Below, piece by piece: positions 29,990 through 44,735 of a stretch of 64,000 bases of DNA. The notes below the pieces were generated by a model, which was given only the letters and a program-made list of their open reading frames with translations, did not search any database and was not told the DNA's origin. Position 1 is the first letter of the stretch. Each line of letters starts with the position of its first letter. The translations under genes were made by a program, and so were the position numbers. The stretch is from the human T2T-CHM13v2.0 reference genome, Homo sapiens, in the NCBI RefSeq assembly GCF_009914755.1, contig NC_060934.1; one strand, written 5' to 3'.

Positions 29990-30765
29990 AAATCTTGAAA
30001 AAGAATATGCAATAACATATCAGACAAAATAAGCATACTTAAAATACATAAAAGGACTCCTAAAAATTGTCTATTAAATGTCAGATAACTAATTGTTTTA
30101 AGTGCAAAAGAAATAAATGAACATGTCACAAAAGAAGATCTAAGAATGCCCAATTAACACATGAAAAGCTGTCTAACAGCTTCAGTCAATGGGAAAATGC
30201 AGATTAAAACCACAATAAGATATTGTTGTCCAAAGAACCTACAACATTTTACCCTCCCACCAGCAACGTATGAGATTCATATCTGTTTTACATCTTCACC
30301 AACATTTTGTATTGTCAGTACCCCCCAACATTCTTTTGGATGTGAAATAGTATTTTACTGCTGAATAATATTCTTACACATTTCTTTTCCTGTGAGAGTT
30401 TCTTATAAATATAAATTTACACTTATTCCGTGGTTAAGCAATCCCACCCCTAGGTGTTTTCTCAAGAGAAATAAAACAAACATATGTTCACAAAATGAAT
30501 TTTACAAAGTATCATGATAGCCTAATTCCTAATAGCTAAAAGTAGAGTACTCCAAACTTCCATGAACAGCAAAATTTTTAAAAATTTACTTTTATTCTTA
30601 TTTTTTTATTTTTAACTCAGCTTTTTATCCCAAGTCAAGAACTGCTAAACAAATTATGGCATAACAATGAAATGGAAAGCTACACAGTAGCAAAAAGGAA
30701 AAAAAAATAGGAATGCATGCAATATTATGGATAGATTTAAAAATTATTATGAGTAAAAGAAGCCA
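29990..30765 (+). mobile_element. Old L1ME-like 3' region containing an internal inversion
   Basis: cacatgaaaagctg...aaaatgcagattaaaaccacaataaga; inverted block ~30224-30370; resumes agtttcttataaa...agcaatcccacccctaggt. Confidence 0.7.
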
Positions 30766-30834
30766 CTTTCTAATGTTGCTGGCTATTAATTTTTACAAAG
30801 ACATTTCTATCACTTTCTACATAGTTCTAAATAT

Positions 30835-31020
30835 GTGCTATCCAGTATGTCCAATAGCTATATGTCAGCGGCTATTACCACCAACAAGGAGCTGTTAAGA
30901 ACTTGAAATATGGCTTGTGTGATTAAGAAAGTAAATTTTAAATTGTATTTAACTTTAATTAAATAAATGTTAAGATTAAATAGCCACATGTGACTAGTGG
31001 GAACTATACTGGACAGCACA
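30835..31020. mobile_element. MER3/MER33-like hAT MITE
   Basis: gtgctatccagtat...acttgaaatatggct...aaatagccacatgtgactagtgg...actggacagcaca with inverted ends. Confidence 0.7.
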
Positions 31021-31573
31021 ATTCTATATCTCGTTTAGAGTGGTAGTTAAATGGGTGTGTACAATTGCCAAAATTCATCAAGCTTAAATCTGAGTAGTTT
31101 ATTAAATTTATATTATACCTAAAAAAGGCAAAAAAGTTGCAATGTTTATTTGTGAAAGTTTCCATTTAAAAACTAAAATAAGAACTCAAAATTAATGACA
31201 TAGTTTTGAGGGCATATTCAAGAAGGTAAGAAGAATAAAGCTTCACGTATCCTTAGAATTCAAATAAAACCCGACAGATTAAAACATTAAAGGAGAATCT
31301 CAGACCTAACTCAGTTTCTGTCTTTCCAAACGTTACTTTATGTTTATTTCATAGGTGGAATGTTGTACAGTGTCATCTGTTGCTACCAGTGAGTGACATC
31401 TGTGATTAATCGCATTGCCTTAATTAAACAGCAATTGCCTGGATGTGATCACCTGCAGTGGCCAGCCTCCAATCAGATTAGCTCCCAAACTCCAGTTCTC
31501 TCATTGCAATTAACTTCACTTTTCACATAGGTCCCCAGAGAATTTCAATATGTCTGATGTCAAGAACGGAAAG

Positions 31574-31913
31574 TGAGACAGCCAGGTGGGAGGGGGTCCC
31601 TGGAGAATCTCCAACCAGCCTGCGCACTGGGAATGCGCACTGGAGTGAAAATACAGAAGTTGGTGCCCTTTGCAGCAGCCAGGAGTCCGACTCCTCCTCT
31701 TCCTGTGTGGAACCTGGAATTCAAACGGCTGGGTAGGAAGCACGCTAGCAGGGGCCTCTGGCCTTGCTGAGGGTCCCTGTTTCCCCTTTTCCTTCCTTTT
31801 CACCCAACAAAACCCTGCTTTACTCACCCTTCAAACCATCTATGAGCCTAAATTGTCGTGGTCGTGGAATGGACAAGGACCCAGTCTTTAGCTGAACTAA
31901 GGGAAAGTCCTGC
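31574..31913 (+). mobile_element. MER61-family 5' LTR
   Basis: tgagacagccaggtgggagggggtccctggagaatctccaaccagcctgcgcactggg...tttagctgaactaagggaaagtcc. Confidence 0.88.
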
Positions 31914-34295
<2,382 letters not shown>

Positions 34296-34382
34296 AATGG
34301 CGGAATTCTTTTCTCACTCTTTTCGTTGTTTAATAATTATTATAGCAATAATAATAATAATAAATACCAATTATTACATTAA

Positions 34383-34570
34383 CTCTCTGCATGTCTATGT
34401 TCTTATTGCATTTTCTTATAAGAACACAAGACGTATTGGATTATGACCAACTCTAATGATCTTATTTTACCATTTTAAATATCCTATCTCCAAATACAGT
34501 CACATTCTGAAGCACTGGGAGTTAGGATTTCAACATAGGATTTTGAAGGGGCACAGTTCAGTCTGTAACA
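34383..34570 (-). mobile_element. MLT1B/C-like LTR fragment
   Basis: tcttataagaacac...tctccaaatacagtcacattctga...ttaggatttcaacatagg...cagttcagtctgtaaca. Confidence 0.75.
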
Positions 34571-35485
34571 GTGGTTAAAAACCCAAGTTCAGAAACCAAA
34601 TTTTCTTTGCACAAATTGCAGTTTTGCAGATTAGGAGATATGAGACTTTGGCAAACTTGCCAAGACCTTGGTGACACTCTTTATGTCTTCTTGTTCTCAT
34701 CTTTAAAATGAGAGGTGAAAGAGGATTAAAAATTATTACATAAAAACAAAAGACTTAGGATGATGATGAAATGCTGGTAATATATGTTAGATATTAGTAT
34801 TTTTTATCTCAATAAATTCAATTGCTGTAACTCTTGATTCCTCATCTTGCTACTGTGCAATTGCCCTCCTCTTCCCTCAGTGTCACCCATCAAAGGGTAG
34901 ATAGTCTCATTACAATTCTTACTTCTATATTTCTTTTCTGATTGATCAGTTCCGCCTCTTTATTGACACTGGGATTTATATGCATTGACTTAAAAATGGA
35001 GAAACTACAAGCAGCATTAGAGGCTGTTTTTTAATTAATGAGTCTCTCCGCTTACACCATCAAACTGAAGATTAGCTGTTGATTTATGAGATACCCTCAG
35101 CTTGTATCTTGTGCCACATCCAGATCATTGCCAATTCATTTCCAGAAGGAGGATCAGTACCATTATCTGCTCAGTATCTCTCATTTCAAGCACCTCTCAG
35201 AGAGAGAACTGAAACATCTTTATCATTACCAGCAGTAAAGCTAAAGCAAAAAGCTATTCTCTGAAGCCTGCTGAGGGGATGAAATTTTTCAAAAAATACA
35301 TCTCTGGGAGATGGGAGAAAACCTTTTCCACACCTTCCCTGAGAGAAGCAAAAGGGATGTGAGAAAGGGAGGCATTCTCTTCTGCCAGGGTAACATACTC
35401 CTCCTATAGTAATCCCACATCACTGAGGGCCCAAGTTCCCAATGCTTCTGCTCTTTATTTCATCTAGACAGCCATTCTTTCTTGC

Positions 35486-35939
<454 letters not shown>

Positions 35940-38900
35940 TGATGCATTATTAGTTCTTCCTTCTAGAGCCCTGTTTTCCTTTCTTTACCAAGGAACTCCT
36001 TCCTTTCTTGAACAAGTTAGTATCTGGTCCCATTCATCAGAGCTATTCTGATACTATTGAGTCTATATAGGGTAAGGGTTAAAGCTTGTATTCTTTAATT
36101 ACCCAGGAAAGGTTGCATGCACTATCACAAGCAGCTGTCAGGTACAATACAGTATCTGGCATGGGTTGGGAGGTAGAGGGTAGGGGGTATTGTTGAAGAC
36201 TTTGCTAAAAAAAAAAAAAACTTAGGTTTTACTGAAGATGCAAATTTAGTCAGTAAAGGGAGGGATACAAAATTCTCTCCCCATCTGCTCTTGGTTCATA
36301 TGTTACTAAGCTTGGAAAAATTAGATGATTTTTTTAACCAGTGGTTTCCCCCCATTTTGTATTCATCTGTCTTATAAACCAATGGTTTTATAGGGGCATA
36401 TTTTTAACTGCATGGAAATAAGAATATGTATATAATGAGTTTGTTTTACATGCAAAGTTTAACAGAAGTCATAATATTAAGAAATACAAAAAATTTGGAA
36501 AGAATCTAATTAAATTAAGAAGAGAAAATAATAAAAAGTGAAACTATAGGACAACAAAAAAATAAATATGTGGTAGTTGAGACTTCAGGATTAATTAATT
36601 CATTTTCAATACTTTTTAACAAAATAATTGTTATATCTACTATTGATTTAGAATTTACTAGGAGCGAGGCATTTCTCTAAATTTGTTTATATTATTATAA
36701 ATCTTTATAAGTATAATATAAAAATTACTATGTTTATTTTACTATATTTATTTTAAATAATTTATTTATAAATTCACTATATTTATTTTAAAGATAATGA
36801 AAGTGAGGAAGTCACAGAGCGATTAACTTTATCACACACAGCTAGTTAGTTGTAGAGCCATGGTATGAATCTGAATCTACAAAATTCCAATTCTCTAAAT
36901 TTTTTTCTAAGTTGTTTTATGTTTAAGCTATAGTTCTTAGTAATATATTTATATTGTGTTAATTTTTAACACAGCAGTATACTATCTTTTTATGTGTTAT
37001 TGTTAATAAAATTATATGGCCTTCAAAAAATGTTTAAATATTTTTCAAAGCTTTTTTATATATATACATATAATCATTAAATTTATTTGTGATTTATGTG
37101 GCACAAAGACAGGAAAGTATATATATGACAACAGGTAAAAGAATAACAAATCTAAAAATATAATAATGGCAAGAAATTAAACGAATTTCAGAGGATATCA
37201 TTTTATATTTAAAAAATCAAGAATTAAAGTTTTACAGTATAGAAAAAGAAAGACATGTAATACAAAAGCTGATGAATAGGAAGATGGTTGATAGAAAAAA
37301 TAAAAACGATGTTGAAAAATAAAAATAATGTCAGAAATAAAATACCATTGTAAATTAACAATTAGAGCAACACCAGTATTATCTTAACGTAATGAAATTG
37401 TATAATTTCGTAAAATGAAAAAAATTATAGTACCCAGTTTCAACAAAGGGAGAGGAGAGCAAGCTTGTTAACATTTGCAAAAGTACAGGAGGAAACAATA
37501 AATAGATAAAAATAGTCATATTAATGAATGATTATGGAGAGAAGATACCAGAAAGCCAACAAAGATATGATTGGTGTTCTTGATGTAGGAATCAGAAAAG
37601 GAAAAAAAGAAGCAACATTCATTCTTATTTCTTTCAGCCTTAGGAACAAGTTAATTTGAAAATGTAAAGATAACTATATAAAAAGATAAAGAAATACCAA
37701 AGTCAGTATAATACTAAGTAGGTCAACATTTAGATATATGTTGGCAATTTCAAGCAGAAAAAGAAAATGAAAAACCTATGTAAGAAAAATGAGGACAGAT
37801 TCAGATGTATTGTACCACATAAAATGACAGAAGAAAATGAAATAATCTCTTAATTCGTTAAGAGAATTAAGGAGGAAACAATTGTGACAAAAGACATATT
37901 AGCCAGCAAAGATTTTTCACATATAAAGATAAAAAGCACATCAAAACAAGTATTTTTTAATGTTTAAGGCAATAATGCATGCATGAAGCAAAAAACGAGT
38001 GATCATAAAAACACATAACATTTAAATAATCTTTTGAGAAACATAACAATGTGCAATGGGATGCACATCAAGATAAACAATTCCAAAACAAGAAAGCCAA
38101 ACACAGAAAATGTCACAGTTGACGCTGAGACTGTTGAAACATAAAATAAAACTACTTTTTGCAAGAACAGCTAGAAAATACAACATATTAATAACTATTA
38201 ATGAAGAATATGTGACATAAAAGGTAAAACAAAATTAAGAAGTGTCTAAAATCCTAGACTATTCCAAAAAAATGGTAAAGATGTTAAAGTTTCATATTTG
38301 AGATGAACTAATTTATTCATAATATACACGTACACAAACATATGTATGTGGAAGTCAATACTATTTCATGCTTTGAGCTTATAATTAGATAAATATGTAA
38401 AATATGTCATTGCTATTTTTGTTTTTAATAAAAATTTAACAAGTAGAATAATTAGAAAGAGAATGCATAGCTTAACAAAGAGTAGTGAAACAAACCAAAA
38501 TTACAAAAACTCTAAAAAACAGGGGAGGGAGATATATTTCATCAAATAAAAGACAGGGAAAGAAAAAAACCAAAAGAAAGCAAAATATAGAAAAAAAAGA
38601 ATTACAGTTCTGAATACTGTTCTTCATTAAGAGAAAGTGATCCTCAAATTTAATAAAAACCAAATATATTTATTTGAATTCTGTAAGAAGTGCAATCAAA
38701 ACCACATTATAAAATGGACACAAACATTTTAAGTATTATGATTTGTTAAAAACAATAGTGGCAAAATATAAAATAAATTTTTTTCGTCTTTTTTTACATG
38801 AAACATATAAAAAAAAGACATCTATACCTAATTCTTGATAATTAAGTAATCAAAAATAAGTATTCTGAAATCAAATATTATAATTTTAATGTTGTATTGA

Positions 38901-39838
38901 TTTAATTAAGATGTGTCTTAATTGATATAATATAATGTATTGATTTAATTAAGATGTGTCTAAATCCATAATAGGAAAATAAAAATCTTAAATTTTCCCC
39001 TCCAAAGTTATACCATATATTGTATTACTAGGTCATTTATTAGGGCAAAACTTTCTTGTATATATATATTATTATCAGTTATTCTGTGGTATAGAAATAT
39101 ATACCTCTAGATATTTAACCAAAATTTTAAACAATAAAAGAATTCTTGAAAAATTAACCTTTAAGCCATTTATTCTAAATAAATTGAATTTTTGAGCAAA
39201 GACATATGTAAAATGAGTACTGCTATATTATTTTTAGTATAGAAACATGACATGCCCTATGCTGTAAAATTGCTTAATAATAACCTACTATAGATAGAAG
39301 AATTGCCATGGCATATCTATACCTTATTATATTGTACATGTTATATACACATTTAAATATAAATGTTTTCTAAAATAAGATTATATTTAAGTTTACTAAG
39401 TATAAATATTTATTTACTTTGGAGATACGTAAGGTTTCAACTGATTATTTTAACTGCCTTTTGGGGGCTTTTAACATTCCATCATTCTTAGAGAAAAGTT
39501 CTTTCTGATGGCAGTCTCTAAGGTAATGTAATATAAATAAAAATTATTTGTAGAATGCAACAACAGAAACATTTCTTAAAGAGTTTTCTTAAATACTAGA
39601 CCTCGTTTTGCTTATATTATCTGTATAACTTCTTCAGAACTTTCAGATCTCAAGTAAATTAAGTGCTGAAGTCAAATAAAACTGGCTCCATAATGATAAC
39701 ACTCAGATATCAAGTACAGATTGCCTGCCCCCAAAGTCTGTGTTTTACATATTTAACCATGAATTTGAAATTGTTATTATCAAAAGGTTTATTTTAATAG
39801 CTATCTCTGCCTATTTGTATTTTCTCTATTTACATATC

Positions 39839-40247
39839 TTTATTTTTAATTGACAAATACAATTTATATATATTTATGGGGTACAACATATACCTTAATA
39901 GATGTATATGTTGTGAAATGGCTAAATCAAGCTATTTAATGTATACATTATGTCATATATTTTTGTGGTATGAACACTTGACATCTACACTTTCAGCAAT
40001 TTCCAAGAATACAATATATTGTTATTAACTGCAGTCACCATGAAGTACAATACATCACTTGAACTTGTTCCTCCTGTCTAACTGAAATGTGTCCTCTAAG
40101 CAACATCTCCCCAGTTCTTCCAGCCCCCAGCCTTTGGCAACAAGCATTTTACTCTCTGTTTCTATGAGTTTTATGTTTTTAGATTCCACTTAAACCTCTT
40201 CCATTAAAGAGATAATATAATATTTGGCTTTCTGTGCCTAGCTTATG
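39839..40247 (-). mobile_element. L1MA-type 3' end
   Basis: tttttaattgacaaat...tatatttatggggtacaaca...ggctaaatcaagcta...cttgaacttgttcctcctgtctaactgaaat. Confidence 0.8.
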
Positions 40248-40489
40248 TTTAAAAAATATCTTGAGTTTTTAAATTTGATTTAAACAAGTATTAAGCATAC
40301 TCCCAACATTCTGATAATTCCTTCACCTTCTTTTAAAGTTGAATTTTCATGCTCTATGGAATAGTTACTTTGTGACTGTCTATTCCCACTCTTTTCTCTC
40401 TAGTTTTATATACCTTTTCCTATGTTGTCTATGACCTACTTAAGAAAACAAATGATTCCATTGTACTACTAGGTTTGTAAAGTGTTTTA

Positions 40490-41900
40490 GTCATTTAAAG
40501 AAGCTTTTAGTGAATACCTACTATATGTCACATATACTGAAGGTGCAAAAATAGGTCAAACATGGATTTGCTCTTAAGGAAATCACATATATGTCATCAT
40601 TTATATTTAACATTCCTGTTTTAAATTGCAAATCATTGCCAGTAGGTCTATAACAGAAGTCCAGGCATCCAGCTGTGGTAGCATAGAAATAGAGGAATTA
40701 ATAACTCCTTTGGACAAAATCAGCAAGAAATTCAGGTAAAGCTGCACTAAGAAAACATCTAATAAAAATTTTAAAGAACATTTTAGATCTAACAAATGGC
40801 CATGTGGAAAGATAAAAGTGTACAGAAAAGAGGGAGAGAAGAGAGAACTAATATTTATTTAAGGCCTATGATGTGTAAGACACTATGCTAAGTGCTTTAC
40901 ATGGGTTATTATCTGACAATAGGTAAGTAGTTTGACTTTTATTGTTTTAAGCAGGGGAGTGATATTATCCAATACGTATTTTATAAGGATTAGTCTTGAT
41001 GTTGTAATGTAGAGGGTAAGTATGCAACCAGGAAAACCAGTTACAGGCTATCACATATTTCAGGGGAGAGATGATGACAGCCTGAACAAGGATGACAATA
41101 ATGGAAACAGAGACAAAAGGACAGAGGTGGTATGTGTGCACATATTACATTTGCATATTTAATGTAAAGTAGAAAGAACTTGATGATGGATTTATTGTAG
41201 TAAGAATTAGGAAAAGGCATAAATCAAGGCTGCATCTTAGTATTTGTTTTTGCAACTGTGGGTATATTACTAATTACCGAGAGGAGAAGCACAAAAGAAT
41301 TAAACAATCTGAGGGGACACAATGGACAGGGGAGAATGAGAAGACAGGAGACATTAATAGCTCTATTTTGGACATGTTTAGTTTGAGATGACTATTTGGG
41401 TATCTGTGTAAGATGAAAAGGAAGCTGTAGACAAGTAAAGGACTTGGAATACTTCGGGAGAGAATTTAGAACTGGCAAGAGATAGCATAGAAGAAGGCAA
41501 AAGTTGGGCCAGGTGAAGTGGCTCATGCTTATAATCCCAGCACTTTGGGAGGCCAAGGCAGGAGGATTGCTTGAGCCCAGGAGTTTGTGACCAGCCACAG
41601 CAACCTAGCAAGACCCCCACTGCTACATTTTTGTTTTAAATTAGCCAGGTGGGGTGCTACATGCCTTTGGTTCCAGCTGCGTGGGAGGCTGAGGAGGTAG
41701 AATTGCTTGAGCCCAGGAGGTTGAGGCTGCGGTGAGCCATTGTTGTGTTGTTGCACTCTAGCCTGGGCAACAGCTAGATCCTGCCTCAAAAAAAAATAAA
41801 AGATAAAAGAAGACAAAAATCAAGGGAGTGATGTATCACAAGAGGACAGTGTTTAAAGAGAAAATGATCAAGAATGTTGTTTACTGCTGAGTGAATGGGA
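40490..41900 (-). mobile_element. Decayed L2 with nested MIR and AluJ
   Basis: tgaatacctactatatgtca...ttttaagcaggggagtgata...gagagatgatgacagcctgaac...tattttggacatgtttagtttgagatg. Confidence 0.65.
41507..41805 (+). mobile_element. AluJ
   Basis: ggaggattgcttgagcccaggag, ggttgaggctgcggtgagcc. Confidence 0.9.
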
Positions 41901-42318
41901 ACAACATAATAGGAGCCATAACTATTCCTGTGCAAATCTGTCCCATCTTTACGGGGTGGTTTCCTAATTTCAGTCTTCGATACATGATGCAGAATGAAGG
42001 CAACAGATATTCCAGACAGCTGTTTTAAGTTCTGTGCTCTTTCCACACTTAATCACTATACCTTTTCAGCATTTTATTCTGGGCTTTGAAATTGTTAGAT
42101 TTTCTGGACTTTGAAAATGTTGGATTTTTGGTGTTGAGATGAAATATTAAATGTGCTTGTATTATCTAAACTTATTGCCAGAAAGCAATTTGCTCAGGTG
42201 AACATTCTGCATTATCACAGTATACATGAATAGGTGAATGAATAAAAGAATGAAGGAATGGATAAATAAATGAATTTTGAATAAAATTCAAAAGGCTTAA
42301 ATGCTTCATATGTAAAAT

Positions 42319-43200
42319 CAATAGTAGCAGGAGACAGACAAATCCTAGGCAGACAGGGGCAGGTCCCCAGTGAAACCCAACCTTCAAGCTGAAGACAATT
42401 TGAAGCCTGGCTACAAGTCCCGGATAAGTCCACGGACTGGATTGAGAACCTCTCTTCCCATTTGGTGCACTTTCCTCTGATTGATCTCCATCCTTCACCT
42501 ATTTTACAAATACCCACTCTTCTCTAATTGGTTTTTTACACTGTCATGCCCACCTTTAAGAGGTGCCTTTCTTTTAACCTTTTTTGGCATACTCACAAAC
42601 TATTCAGCATGCACTCCCCCATTCTGAGTCCATAAAAGCCCCAGATTCAGCCACATGTTGGGACTACCTGCATTTGGGTGGTGGGAGGACTACCTGCCTT
42701 TGGGTGATGGACCACCCCATTTCGAGTCCCCTCTATGCTGAGAGCTGTTCTGTCCCTCAATAAAACTCTTCTCTGTACTTGTCACCCTTCAGTTGTCAGC
42801 ATAACCTCATTCTTCTTGGACACGGGACAAGAATTCAGGATGCACCAAATGCAGGTATAAGAAAGAATGTAACACTGTGGCCCTTTGCCCTCCACTAGCG
42901 CTGGGCAGCCATCCCACACAACAAGAAGCAGCAGTGGGGCTGGGTCAGCCCCAGAGCCATGGGCCTGAGCGAGGCAGAAGAACTGAACAATCTGTAACAC
43001 AGCTGGGCAAGGGTACACCTGGCCTAGCTGCAGGCTGAGCACGGGATCTGGCTGGGGTGCATGCCAAGTGCAGCCCACATGGCTGAATGGTCCAGGTACC
43101 TCCACCCAGGAGCCCAGGACCAAGCAGAGCCCAGGTGGGGGTGTTGCCAGCTGCAGAGGTCTCTGGCTGGCAAAGCAGCACTAAAAAAAATCATATGTCA
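42319..43200 (+). mobile_element. LTR28-family ERV1 solo LTR
   Basis: atagtagcaggagacagacaaatcctaggcagacaggggcaggtccccagtgaaaccc...aataaa...ctggctggcaaagcagcac...gtca; perfect 4-bp TSD aaat (42315-42318, 43201-43204). Confidence 0.8.
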
Positions 43201-43692
43201 AAATAATTTAATGCTTAAACTGTTACTATGATATTCTTAGTTTTTGTATAAAGAAGAATGGAATATAGAAGGTTAGAGGTTCACCTCCACAGAAATAGTA
43301 AGCTGAAGAAGCAGAATTTAAGCTCAGATTTTCTAACTTGAAATGTTGTAATACACTGTAACTATCTCAACAGTAGCAAACAAAGCCACAAATTTATGAA
43401 AATTCTGCTGCTATTTCAATAAGTTTAAAAATAAATGTTTTGACAATTTAAAAATGAATTAAGTTAAAGCTATTGTTAAATAAAACGTAAATGGAAGACA
43501 CAACTTCACATTTAAAGAGTGAAACAACAATATTTGTAAACTGAAACAAGGTAAAACCTATATAAAAAAATGCTTACAAAATTTCCAGAAGAGACTTACT
43601 GGCATTGTAGAGATAGATATAAATTTCTGAATAAAATTCTTTGCAGTTATTTTATTAACCCTTCTATTAGTAACATTTCTAATAAATAATTT

Positions 43693-44735
43693 TGTTGTGG
43701 GAAGTCAGGGACCCCAAACAGAGGGACCCGCTGGAGCTGCAGCAGAGGAACATAAATTGTGAAGATTTCATTTTAATATGGACATATATCAGTTCCCAAA
43801 ATTAATACTTTTATAATTTCGTATGCTTTTCTTACTTTAATCTCTTAATCCTGCTATCTTCGTAAGCTGAGGATGTACATCACCTCAGGTCCACTGTGAT
43901 GATGGCGTTAACTGTACAAATTGATTGTAAAACGTGTGTTTGAACAATACAAAATCAGTGCACCTTGAAAAAGAACAGAATAACAGCAATTTTTAGGGAA
44001 CAAGGGAAGACAGCCATAAGGTCTTACTGCCTGCGGGGTCAGGCAGAATACAGCCACATTTTTCTTCTTGCAGAGAGCCTATAAATGGACGTGCAAGTAG
44101 GAGAGATATCGCTAAATTCTTTTCCTAGCAAGGAATATTAATAATTAAGACCCTGGGAAAGGAATGCATTCCTGGGGGGAGGTCTATAAACCACCACTCT
44201 GGAAGTGTCTGTCTTATGTGGTTGAGATAGGGACTCAAATACGCCCTGGTCTCCTGCAGTACCCTCAGGCTTATTAGGGTTTGGAAGAAACCCCACCCTG
44301 GTGAATTTGAGGTCAGACTGGTTCTCTGCTCTTGAACCCTGTTTTCTGTTGTTTAAGATGTTTATCAAGACAATATGTGCACAGCTGAACATAGACCCTT
44401 ATCAGGAGTTTTTGACTTTGCCATTTGCCTTGTGATCTTTATTGGCCTCAGAAGCATGTGATCTTTGTTCTCCTTTTTACCCTTTGAGGCATGTGATCTT
44501 TGTGACCTACTCCCTGTTAGTACAGCCCCTCCCCTTTTTTAGTCCTTAATAAAAACCTGCTGGTTTTGCAGCTCAGGTGGGCATCATGATCCTACCAATA
44601 TGCGATGTCACCCCAGGAGGCCCAGCTGTAAAATTCCTCTCTTTGTACTCTTTCTCTTTATTTCTCAGACCGGCCGACACTTAGGGATAATAGAAAGAAC
44701 CTATGTTGAAATATTGGGGATGGGTTCTCACGATA
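43693..44735 (+). mobile_element. MER11C-like (HERV-K11/HML-8) solo LTR
   Basis: tgttgtgggaagtcagggacccc...gaggaacataaattgtgaagatttc...gaaatattgggg...gata; perfect 6-bp TSD taattt (43687-43692, 44736-44741), the ERVK-class TSD length. Confidence 0.93.

Noticed and set aside
31574-31913. p53 response element, known from some MER61 subfamilies
   Set aside because: No RRRCWWGYYY pair is visible in this LTR copy.
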